Origin: Paraphysomonas bandaiensis
Taxonomy: Eukaryota; Protista; Chrysophyceae
Reading direction: 5' to 3'
Assembly (NCBI GenBank): GCA_965644295.1
Contig: CBFFRP010000442.1
Location: 86,941-150,940, forward strand
DNA length: 64,000 nt
The position numbers and the translations under genes are program-made. Under the pieces are notes generated by a model. That model was given only the letters and a program-made list of their open reading frames with translations. It was not told where the DNA came from and did no database searches. Positions within the stretch are counted from its first letter, which is position 1. Every line of letters starts with the position of its first letter. This document shows, piece by piece, positions 45,724-57,700 of the stretch.

Positions 45724-48700
45724 ATGTCTTTATCCGAAAGACATCGTTGGTGCGGAAAGAAGATTCTAGAGGCGTTTGCTCCTGAACTGGACGCAGATGC
45801 GGTGCAGACGTTTATCCGCAATGAAGCGGTGCTGCACAAGTTCACATCATTCTTCCGCGGAGACGGCGCGGGCAGATTGTTTGTTTTCTATCAGCCCACA
45901 ACTACATCTAGCGAGGACTGGAGTGAGGGATCAGGCCCCAAAGTGCTCTCTCTCTCTGATGGAAATGAGGGGGCGATGGTCCATAAGTGCTGCTATTTTG
46001 TGCGTAATGTTCAGCCCGGAACAGGTTTAGATTTAGCCAAAAGTGGAGATTCAGATCTTCTCTTTGGAGAAATAGGAGAGTCACCTTTGGGAACTATCGA
46101 AGCTATCTTAAGTCAATCTTATAGACCCATGCTCGATACATACGACAACTGGGGCAAAGTTGATGATGAGCAAAAAAATGACTTCATCTCTGAGATAGGA
46201 TCATTTATTAACAATATCAATGAAGCTTTAACGAGTTTTGCTAGTGGACTTGACCTTCGTGCCCCGGATCCTCGACTATATCGGGCACTGGAAATAAAAT
46301 CTCATCGCACTTCTTTACCCATCGAGAGTATTGATCATTTTGAGGTGCTGTTAAACGAATGGTGCAATCAGATAGAAAGATATTTAGATGCTCCCACACA
46401 TACAAGCCACTCTGATGATGTTGGGCCTCGTGGTGAGTTGGAGCATTGGCGTAGCCGCATGCAGAAACTCACAAGTATTACTGAGCAACTCAAGCGACAA
46501 GATTGCAAGCAAGTGACTGTGATTTTGTCTACTATCACAAAGAATACAACAGACCCGTCGAAACAAAATATTGTCAATCTTTTGCGACGTTGGAAGCAAA
46601 TTGACGTGAACATCACTGAGGCAGCTAATGAAGCCAAGGACAATGTAAAATATTTGTATACTCTTGAGCGATTTATTGATCCATTATACACGGGTAATGC
46701 TGAAACTATTACGGATACTCTCCCAGCTCTTATGAATTCGATAAAGATGATTCACACAATTGCTAGATATTACAATACTGCGGAACGTATGACATCTCTA
46801 TTTGCAAAAATTACGGAGCAAATGATCTGCAACTGTAAAATGCATATCACAGGAGATGAAACAATTGATTCGTTGTGGGAGAGTGATCCTCAAGAACTTG
46901 TACGCAAGCTGGAGGCCTGTCTCAAGCTCAACGAAGCGTATCAAGAGCACTACCGTATCACAAAAAATAAACTAGAGCAGAGCCCAAAGGGGAAGCAATT
47001 TTCCTTCAATGAGATGCAAATATTTGGGAAATTTGATTTGTTTTGTCGTCGTGTAATTAAACTGATCGATATGTTCAGCACAATCGATCAGTTCAATTCT
47101 CTTTCCAAGAATAAGCTTGAAGGCATGGAGAGACTAATTGATCAATTTCATCATATTGTCAAAGAATTTCGTCTGAAGAGACACGATCTTTTGGATTATC
47201 ACAATAACAAATTCGACCGTGACTACGTTGAGTTTAATGTGAAAATAACTGATTTGGAGGCAGCGTTGCAGCAATTCATAAATCAAAGTTTTGAGAACAT
47301 TACCAGCATTGAGCATTCCTTGCAATTATTGCGTAAATTTCAGAGCATACTACAGCGCGAGAGTTTAAAAAGCGATCTAGACTCGAAACTGAACATTATC
47401 TTTCAAAATTATGGGTTAGAATTGGAACAGGTACAGCAACTGTATGAGAAAGAGAAACACGACCCCCCTATTCCCCGTAATCTACCCCCAGTGGCCGGGA
47501 ATATTACGTGGTCGAGACATCTACTGAAACGCATTGAAGAGCCCATGAAGCAGTTTGAGTCAAATCAGAATGTACTGGCGGGAAAGGATGCCAAGCGTAT
47601 CATTAAGATGTACAACAAAGTCGCCAAAACGTTGGTGGCGTTCGAGTATCTCTGGTACCAAGCCTGGGTACAGAGTATAGATCAAGCGAAGGCGGGCCTT
47701 CAAGCTACTCTCATTATTCGTCACCCCGATGACGGTAAGCTTTATGTGAATTTTGATCAAGAGATTCTGCAGTTGATCCGTGAGGCCAAGTGCTTGGACC
47801 GTATGTCGATCGATGTCCCTGATGGGGCACGAATTGTTTTATTCCAAGAGGAGAAATTCAAGAATTATCACAATGAGTTGCATTGGGCCCTCTCAGAATA
47901 CGATAAAGTTGTCTCTAAGGTTATCCCTGTTACAGCAATGGTTCTCCGTCCCCATTTCCGTGATATGGAATATAAACTCCGTCCTGGCATGATCACTCTC
48001 ACTTGGACATCCATGAATATTGATGCCTACAAGCATCACATTCACACAGGCCTTCGTAAACTTGAGGAACTTGTGGCTAATATAAATGACATCATAGAGA
48101 ACCGCATTGAGAAAAATCTTAAGATTGTTTCCAAAACTTTATTGGTGGACCTACCGGATAGTGACTCTTTCACAGTTGAAGAGTTCGTTAAAATGCAAGA
48201 GAAGCATATTGCCAAACAGTCCACGTTATTGCAAGGCAAGAATCTTGAAATTGAGTTTGCCGTGCGTGATTTGATCAAGACGATATCGAGCTATAAACTT
48301 GACAGTCATGTGGAGGGAATTGCTGAGGATGAAATTACCAAATTAAAGAAGCACTACAACCACTTTATGTATCAGGCACTACTTCACTGTGCCAAGAACT
48401 CTATGAATGCGTTGAAAAAACGCATTGGATCTCGCTCCACCACAGTTTTTGACGAAGCGTCTGGTGTCAGTCGCAACACAGAAGTACAGCCATTTTTTGA
48501 GGTTGACATTCAACTGGCAGCTCCAAATGTCGTATTGCATCCTTCTCTGGATGAGATTCAAGAGTGCATCAATCGCTCTGCTCAAGCGATTTTGAGGTGC
48601 TTCAAAACTGTTAAGGACTGGAATTTTGAGTCGGAAGTGGCGAGAAACAAAACTTTTTTTGATCGTATCACAAAAGATATCGAAATTGTACGTGTTGCGC

Positions 48701-51700
48701 TGTTGCTAACTGGTTGCATTCAGGGCATTCGTAATACGGTGCAGGATTATCTAAACTCATTCGCACAGTATGACTGGCTCTGGCACTCGGATAAAGACTC
48801 AGTGTACTCTGAGTTCATGAAGGGACACCCTTCTCTGGATGATTATGAGAAAAAGCTCAAATCTTTTGGATCTGTTGATTCGAATATCGCTTGCATTGAC
48901 GATGTACATAATATTGGTGCCTTATCTCTACGCACTGTGAGCATTAAATCGCAACTTCGATCTGAGTGTAACAGATGGAAAGTCAAGTTTTCGGATAACC
49001 TTCATGCTCAAGCTAAGAGTAGATTAGAGCAGTTAACAGAATACATTCGTATGACCAACGGTAAAGTGGTGCGCGAAGTCACCGATTTGGACACATTGCG
49101 ATTTATAATGCGTTTATTGGTGGACGTTCGCGATCGTGAATCTTCTATGGACATGGAAATAAATCCGATTATGGACATGTATCGCATGTTAGAGTCTTAT
49201 CTTCCCGCGGGGTTTATGGAGAAAGAAGAAATCGACAAGAAGACTGTCCTTCGACCAAACTGGAAGAAGCTACTTAAGCAGGCGGAAATGCGTACTGAAG
49301 AACTGTCCAAGACTCAAATGAAGTACAAACGGCAGCTTCTTCGAGATATCAAAGAATTTAAGCATGACGTGGAAAATTTCCGAGAAGACTTTCTTCGAAA
49401 TGGACCAATGGTTGATGGTATTTCTGCCAATGATGCAGTTGACAGACTCAGCAGATTCAAGGAAGAGTACAAGATACGGGACAGAAAGATGGAGTCTTAT
49501 CGTGGCGGCGAGGAATTGTTTGCGCTACCCCTCACTGATTATCCCGACCTGGAGAAAACTAGCAAAGAGCTCAAGCTCGCAGATCAGTTATTTTCTTTGT
49601 ATGTAGACGTGCTAGGTACATTGAACGAGTGGAAGAACGTTCTATGGGTTGATGTTAAAGAGAAGGTCGGTGAAATGAACGAAAAAATTGAAGCGTTCTC
49701 CTTGCGGTGCAAGAAGTTGCCTAGCAGACTACGCGAGTACAATGCTTATAAGACGTTAAAATCCCAGATCGAGGATTTCATGGTATTTCTTCCGCTTCTG
49801 CAGGAACTCTCTAAAGAAAGTATACGTGATCGCCATTGGGATGAGATTATACAGATCACTAATGCTGAGTTTGATTACCAAGATCCGGAGTTTAGATTGG
49901 GCGCATTGATGGAAATTAATATGGTCGCACATGGCGAGGACATTGAGGAAGTTACTGATGGTGCGGACAAACAACTTAAGATAGAGAAGGGCTTGGTCGA
50001 AATAGAAGAGCGATGGGCATCATTCAGCTTTTCTTTTAGAGAATGGAAAAATAGAAATATCCAGATTCTCCTTGGAACAGTGGGTGTGATGGAGGAGCTT
50101 GAAGAGGCACAGATGAATCTTCAGGCTTTTTTGACAATGCGCCATGTAGCTCCTTTCAGAGAACGTGCGCAGGAGCTCCTTCAGACACTTTCGGATGCAT
50201 CCGACACACTTGAAAGGTGGCTCAAAGTACAGATGATGTGGTGCTCTCTTGAATCCGTTTTCACTGGAGGCGATATTGCAAAGCAGATGCCCATGGAAGC
50301 CAAGAAGTTTGGAAAGATAGATAAGGAGTGGGCAAAAGTTATGGGAAAAGCATATGAGACTCAGATTGTTGTAGACTGCTGTGCGAACGAGGTTCTGAGG
50401 GCTGCTCTACCTGTTATGTATCAGGAACTGGAGAAGTGTCAGAAATCTTTGGAAGGTTATCTCGAACAGAAGCGAAATAAGTTTCCCCGTTTTTATTTCG
50501 TCTCTAACCCTGGTCTTCTGATCATCTTATCACAAGGATCTGACCCTCTATCGATGAACGACCACTACGAGAAGGTGTTTGATGCTATTTCCTATGTGGA
50601 ACATAACAAAAAGGATAAGACCATAATTGAGAAGATGCATGGAGATGGAGGACCTGGCCACGAGGTAGTACCATTCTCGACAGCAGTAAAAGCTGTTGGA
50701 AATATCGAGGACTGGCTATGCGATCTGCTGAAAAAACAGCAGCTTACTATGAAAGATATTGCTCGCAACTGCTCCAGTGAAGTCACACAAGTGGCCAATG
50801 ACATTCACCACCTTCGAGGGTTTGTGGATTCCTATGTTTCTCAGTTTGCATTGTTGGGCGTGCAAATGTTATGGACAATGGACATGCAAATGTCTCTGGA
50901 ACAATGTCGCTCAAAGAAGAATGTGATGAAGGAGTGCAATCAACGCCAGGCTGAAATTTTAAAAGAAATGAGCAGTTGGTGTCTCACAGATTTAGGTTCG
51001 AAAGTAAATCGTCGAAAGATTGAGACCTTGGTAACGATTCACGTACACCAGCGTGATGTGACCAATGAACTCGCCGCGCTTGCTAGAGTCAAGAAAATCC
51101 AAGATCCAAATGATTTTGAGTGGTTAAAGCAGGCTCGATTCTACTGGCGACCTTCGGCTTACGATGAAGTATCCAGCGAAGGAGCATGTATCATAGCCAT
51201 CACCGATGTAGATTTCAACTACCAGTTTGAGTATTTGGGTGCAAAGGAGCGCCTAGTGATCACCCCTCTGACGGATCGCTGCTATATCACTCTTGCACAA
51301 GCTCTGGGTATGTTTTTTGGGGGTGCCCCTGCAGGTCCTGCTGGCACTGGAAAGACTGAAACTGTGAAGGATTTGGGACGTTCACTTGGCATTTTTGTTG
51401 TTGTGACGAACTGTACAGATCAGCAGTCGTACCTTGACTGCGCCAAAATTTTTAAAGGTCTGTGCATGGCCGGTCTCTGGGGATGCTTCGACGAGTTCAA
51501 CCGAATTAGACTACCTGTTCTTTCCGTGGTGGCCCAGCAGGTTCTCTCTATTCTAAACGCGAAGAAGTCTGGAGTTGTGAGCTTTCAGTTCCCTGGTGAT
51601 CCGCAGAATGTTACACTTATCCCCTGCTGTGGATTTTTCATAACAATGAATCCAGGGTATGCTGGAAGACAGGAGCTGCCTGAGAATTTGAAGACTTTAT

Positions 51701-54700
51701 TCAGAGGGGTTGCCATGATGGTTCCCGATTTTCAAATGATTATTAAAGTGAAACTTTGCTCTGTTGGTTACGAGCAATTCGATATTCTATCACAGAAGTT
51801 CTTCGTACTGTACAATACCAGTAAGGAACAGCTCTCCGCTCAGAAACACTACGACTGGGGTTTGAGAAATATTCTAGCCGTGCTACGTACCGCTGGGCAG
51901 ACTAAACGCGATAACCTTAGAGCAGACGAGGCTTTCCTGCTCTACCGAACCTTGCGTGAGATGAATCTTTCGAAAATGGTCGCTCAAGATGTGCCCCTCT
52001 TTTTGTCACTTCTTGCCGACCTGTTCCCCCAGTGCCCTCCGCCACCGAAGGCGGACTATCCCGATCTGGAAGCTGCACTGAAGAAGAGCGTGGAATCGAA
52101 TAAGCTTGTGTATCACCCTACATGGGTTACCAAAGTGCTTCAATTATATGATACCACTCTTGTACGTCATGGTATCATGCTTGTTGGGCCGACTGGTGGT
52201 GGTAAAACACAGATATTCAAAAACTTGCGCTCCTCTCTTGAGATCACCACGGGCATCACTCACAAAGATTGTCGCCTCAATCCTAAAGCAATACGCGCCC
52301 AGGAGATGTATGGTGAGGTGGACCCGCTTTCTGGCGAGTGGACCACCGGAGTTTTTGCAGCCATGTGGGCAAAGTATAACAACCGTGCGAATACTTTCAA
52401 CATGTGGCTGATTGCTGATGGTCCGGTAGATGCGATTTGGATTGAGGACTTAAACACTGTGCTAGACGACAACAGAATACTTACTCTCGCTAACGGCGAC
52501 CGCATTCCTATGACGGACAATGTGAAAATAATGTTTGAAGTTGAGACCCTTGTCAATGCTTCTCCCGCCACAGTGTCACGAGCTGGAATTATTTATGTGT
52601 CTGATACTGATTTAGATTGGGCCCCCTACGTTGAAGGGTGGATTCTTAAACAGCCTTCATCCCAACAAGCAATTCTAAGGAGTCTTTTTACCAAATATAT
52701 GGGCAACTGTACTCCCACAGACCCTGGTCATTCTTTTGAATTCTTGACAAGAAATTGCCATCAAGTTATGAATTGCTCTCGTATTGGTATGATTATGGGA
52801 CTTTGTGATTTATTCAAGGGACTGACGGAAGGAAAGGATTCAATTGATATTTCTGTCGACATGGAAGAGCGCATGGAAAAAATATTTTTGTATTGCTATT
52901 TCTGGACTGTGGGTGGATTAATCGAGGCTGATGACAGGAAGAAACTTGATGCATATGTACGTACTTTGGATAAGAACAGTCGAATGCCACAGTGCATCGA
53001 AGATACGACAGTGTATGAGTACTTCGTAGATGAAACAGGAAACTGGAGTCTGTGGCGTCCACCGAAGTGGGTATACCCTGTAGGCCAGGAAAAGCTTGAC
53101 TTTTCTAATTTACTTGTACCAACCATGGACTCGACTCGGGCCTCTTATAACTGCACACACATTCACAAGCAGAAGAAGGCTGTGTGTATTGTCGGTGCTG
53201 AGGGCACTGCCAAGACTTCTACCACGTTGATGTTTTTTGGAACTCTTGATCCGGAGGTGATGCTCGTAAAACGAGTCAATTTTTCAAGTGCAACTACTCC
53301 ATTCATGTGTCAGAGTGCCATCGAGGTCGAGCTTGAAAAACGCGGCGGTAAAAACTTTGGCCCTCCTGGTGGAAAGGCAATGACTATATTCATGGATGAC
53401 ATGAGCATGCCCGAGGTCAACAAGTGGGGTGATCAGCCAACATTAGAAATGGTTCGACTAATTGTTGAGTTCGGCGGTTTCTGCTTCTTGGACAAGGACA
53501 AGAGAGGTGACTTCAAAGTGTGTGAAGATTTGCAATATATTGCTGCTATGCAGCATCCTGGTGGCGGCAAAAACGATATTCCCAACCGCCTCAAACGCAA
53601 TTTTTTTATTTTCAACTTGGTGCTCCCTTCAATCATTTCAATCAACGATATATATGGTCAGATGCTTGCTGGGAGATTCCCTGCTAATACTTTCCCTGCG
53701 GAAACACTTGATGTCGTGAACAAGCTTACAGGTGCCACCATTGAGTTGTGGAGAACGATGAAAGATAAAATGCTTCCCACACCGGCAAAATTTCACTACA
53801 TTTTTAATCTTCGCGAACTCTCTCGTGTGTTTCAAGGCATTCTTCTTACTCCCACAGACACAATTAAGACAGGTGGATATAGGTGTGAGACTAACGTAAC
53901 AAAATTTAAAGGTGGGGGAATTACCTTATTGAATATTTGGAAACATGAATGTGGCCGCGTATTTTCTGATAAGCTCACAAATTTAAAGGACAAGGCAACT
54001 TTCAACAAGTTTATAGATGCCCAAATTGTCCAGACTTTTGGAAATCTATCAGAGCATGCTAAAGAGCCTTTTTATATGGTGAATTTTCTACGGCCTGATG
54101 TGTATGACGAAGAAGGTGTCCTTGTCGAGGATGCACCCAAGATGTATGAACCAGGGGGGACACTTACTGATGTTAAACCGATTGTTTTGGCGTTCCTGGA
54201 GCGGTTCAATACGGAATTTCCGGCGAAAAAAATGGAACTTGTTCTTTTCAATGATGCTCTGGAGCATTTACTTCGCTTGAATCGATTAATGGAGATGCCC
54301 AGAGGGTCTGGTCTGTTGGTCGGTGTAGGCGGGTCCGGAAAGCAGTCACTTACCCGCCTGTCGTCATATATTTCTCGAGCTACCCAATTTCAGATCACCC
54401 TCACTAAACAGTACAATAAAAATTCTTTTATGGAAGACATGAAAGCGCTATTTAAATCCGCTGGTCATTTATGTAAACCAACAACATTCTTGTTCACCGA
54501 GTCTGAGATAAAAGACGAGGTGTTCCTGGAGTACATCAATAGTGTCCTTCTCACTGGTGATATTCCTGGTTTGTTTGCTAAGGATGAGGTTATGGCCATC
54601 ACTGCAGATCTTCGCACTAAATTTGTCAAGGAGAGGCCTCACTTGGAGGATAATCAGGACAACCTAAAACAATTTTTCATTGACAAAGTAAGAGATAATC

Positions 54701-57700
54701 TGCATTTGATGATCTGTATGTCTCCAATGAACCCGCGTTTCCCAGTGCGCGCCAGAAAATTTCCTGGTATTATTTCTTGTCCAACTATCGATTGGTTCTT
54801 GCCGTGGCCCGCGGATGCTTTAGTTGAGCTATCACAAGCGTTTATTGCCAATTTCCATGTGGAGTGCACGCCTGAGGTAAAGCAGGGACTTATGACTCAC
54901 ATGGGTATGGTGCACAGTATGGTGACGGAAGTGTGCGACGAGTACTTTGTCAAGATGCGTCGTCGTGTGTACCAAACCCCGAAGTCGTATCTGTCCTTTA
55001 TTCAAAACTTCACACATCAGTATGGAATCAAACTTGCTGAACTGAAGGTTAAGGAAGGAAGAGTAAATCTAGGTTTGCAGAAGCTGATTCAAGGAGCAGA
55101 AGATGTAGAGGAAATGAAGCTCGTACTTGCAGAGGAGCAGGTAAAGCTGGAGGTGGCCACAAAAGACACCAACAAGATGCTTGAGTCGCTCGAAGTTTCC
55201 TCTGCTGAGGCCAAGCGTGAGAGTGATAAGGTGACAACAATAAAGAACAAGTGCTTAGAGGACTCAAACCGCATTGGCGATGAAAAGGCAGCATGCATGG
55301 CAGATTTGGCGAAAGCACAACCCTTCGTTGATGAGGCAGAGACTGCCATTCGTTCCATCAAGCCGGCAGATATTCAGGAGGTGAAACGGTTTGCCAATCC
55401 TGCCATTATTATCCAGCTTGTGTTTGATGGCATTTTATTGTTATTCAAGCTCCCTATGAACCCACCTAGAGCCGCCAAGCTGAACGTTGCCAAGCAAGAT
55501 ATTAATTTCATTGAGCCGTCCTTCAGGCCTCATGGTGTCGCAGTCATGAACCAAGCTGATTTTTTGAAGCAAGTTGTTGACTTCGGTGGGTCAGGAAAAG
55601 ATAAGATTAATGAAGAGACAATTGAGTTTCTATCACCTTACGTCGAATTGGAGGGCTTTACAGCAGCGGTGGCTAAGAATGCTTCTAAAGCCGCTGAAGG
55701 ACTTTGTGTGTGGGTGCGCGCCATGAAATTTTACCACGAAGCGTCCAAGATCGTAAAGCCGAAATTAGAGGCCCTATCTGTCGCAGAGGCTAATCTTGAA
55801 GCTGCCAACAAAGCCCTCAATGCGGCTGAGATGAGACTTGAAAGTTGCCAGGCTCGTCTCGCAGAACTGCAGGCCATGTTTGATACCCAAATGGCAGAGA
55901 AGAAACGCATTGAAGACGGTGCCCTTGCTCTGCAGCGAAAAATGATGATGGCTTCTCAGCTTATTGGTGGGCTTGCTGGGGAGCGTGTTCGTTGGACGGA
56001 TGATTCTAATAACTTCTCCGATATGAAGCGCCGACTTGTCGGTGATTGCGCTGTTAGTTGTGCTTTCACGTGCTACTGTGGACCATTCAATCAGGAATTT
56101 AGACGCTATCTCGTGGAAGATAAGTTCATCAATGATTGTAACTCTCGCGGTGTACCGGTTACAAATGGACTTGATATCATATCATTTATGGTTGATATTG
56201 GTACGATTGGTGATTGGAACATGCAGGGACTCCCAGCAGACCCTCTTTCAATTCAAAATGGTATTTTGGTCACTCGTAGCAGTCGCTTCCCATTGATGAT
56301 CGATCCACAAGGCCAGGCTATTAATTGGATTAAGAACAGAGAAGCGAGTAATGTGCCAGCATGGGGACAGGCTTCGATCACAGATCCCAAGCTCAAAGAC
56401 AAACTTGAATTCTGCATGGGTGATGGTATGGCACTTATTGTGATTGGTGTTGAGGAAGATATTGATCCCATGCTGGACCCAGTTATGGAGAGACAGATTA
56501 TTCGTAAGGGCAAAAGGATGTTTATTAATGTATCCGACAAGATGATGGACTTCGATGAAAAATTCATGATGTACTTCATTACCCGCCTTCCGAATCCTAA
56601 TTTTAGTCCGGAGTTGCAGGCCAAAACAACAGTGGTGGACTTTACTGTGACGCAGAAAGGACTCGAAGAACAGCTCCTTGGTAAAGTGATCGGTAAAGAG
56701 CAGAAAGCTCTTGAAGACCAACTGAATGATGTTCTTGAGGAAGTGAATATGAACACGAAGTCTCTGATGGCACTGGATGCATCTCTTCTTGAAAGATTGA
56801 CTTCAAACACTGGAAACTTGTTGGAAGATGAAGAGCTTATAGGGGTTCTTGCGAATACGAAGGCGAAGGCTGCGGAGGTTAACAGTAAACTAACCGCCGC
56901 TGCGGACACCAAGGCTAGCATCGCGGAAAAGCGCGAACAGTTCAGACCTGTGGCGACCCGAGGATCTGTGTTGTACTTCGCCATCGTTGAAATGTCTAAT
57001 GTAAATTGCATGTATCAAACTTCTCTTGCTCAATTTTTGGAACTCTTCATTGACTCGATGGATAAGGCTGAGAAAGCTTCGCTTGCTTCCAAGAGAGTTG
57101 CCAATATTATCGATACGATGACTTATTTAGTATATCGATATGTTAATCGTGGTTTGTATGAGGCAGACAAGCTGACCTACATTTTACTGGTCACTCTGAA
57201 GATTATGATCACTGCTGGTAGTTTGCGTCAAAGTGATATGATTTTGTTCCTGCGAGGTGGAGCGGCATTGGATATAAATAGCGTCCGTCGAAAGCCATTT
57301 AACTGGATTTCCAATGAAGCTTGGTTGAACGTTGTGGAGCTCTCTCAGTCTTTGAAGTTCTTTGCAGACTTGCCTAACGAGATGTCTTCCAATGAAGCCA
57401 TGTGGCGACGCTGGTATGAAGACAATGAGCCTGAGGCAATTGGAATCCCAGACTATGAGGCCCGTATATCCGAAGTGAAAGATATTGGTTCTTTCTACAA
57501 ACTCCTCTTGGTTCGTTCACTTCGTGTGGATAGATGCATGCTCATGAGTAAGTGGTTTGTACGCAACACAGAGGAGATGGGCCCAAAATTTGTGGAGCCT
57601 GTGACCGACACAATCGAGTCCATTTATGATGGGATGGTTGCACATACTCCTGTCATCTTCCTGCTTTCAACTGGTGCTGATCCGACAGATGCTATTGAGA

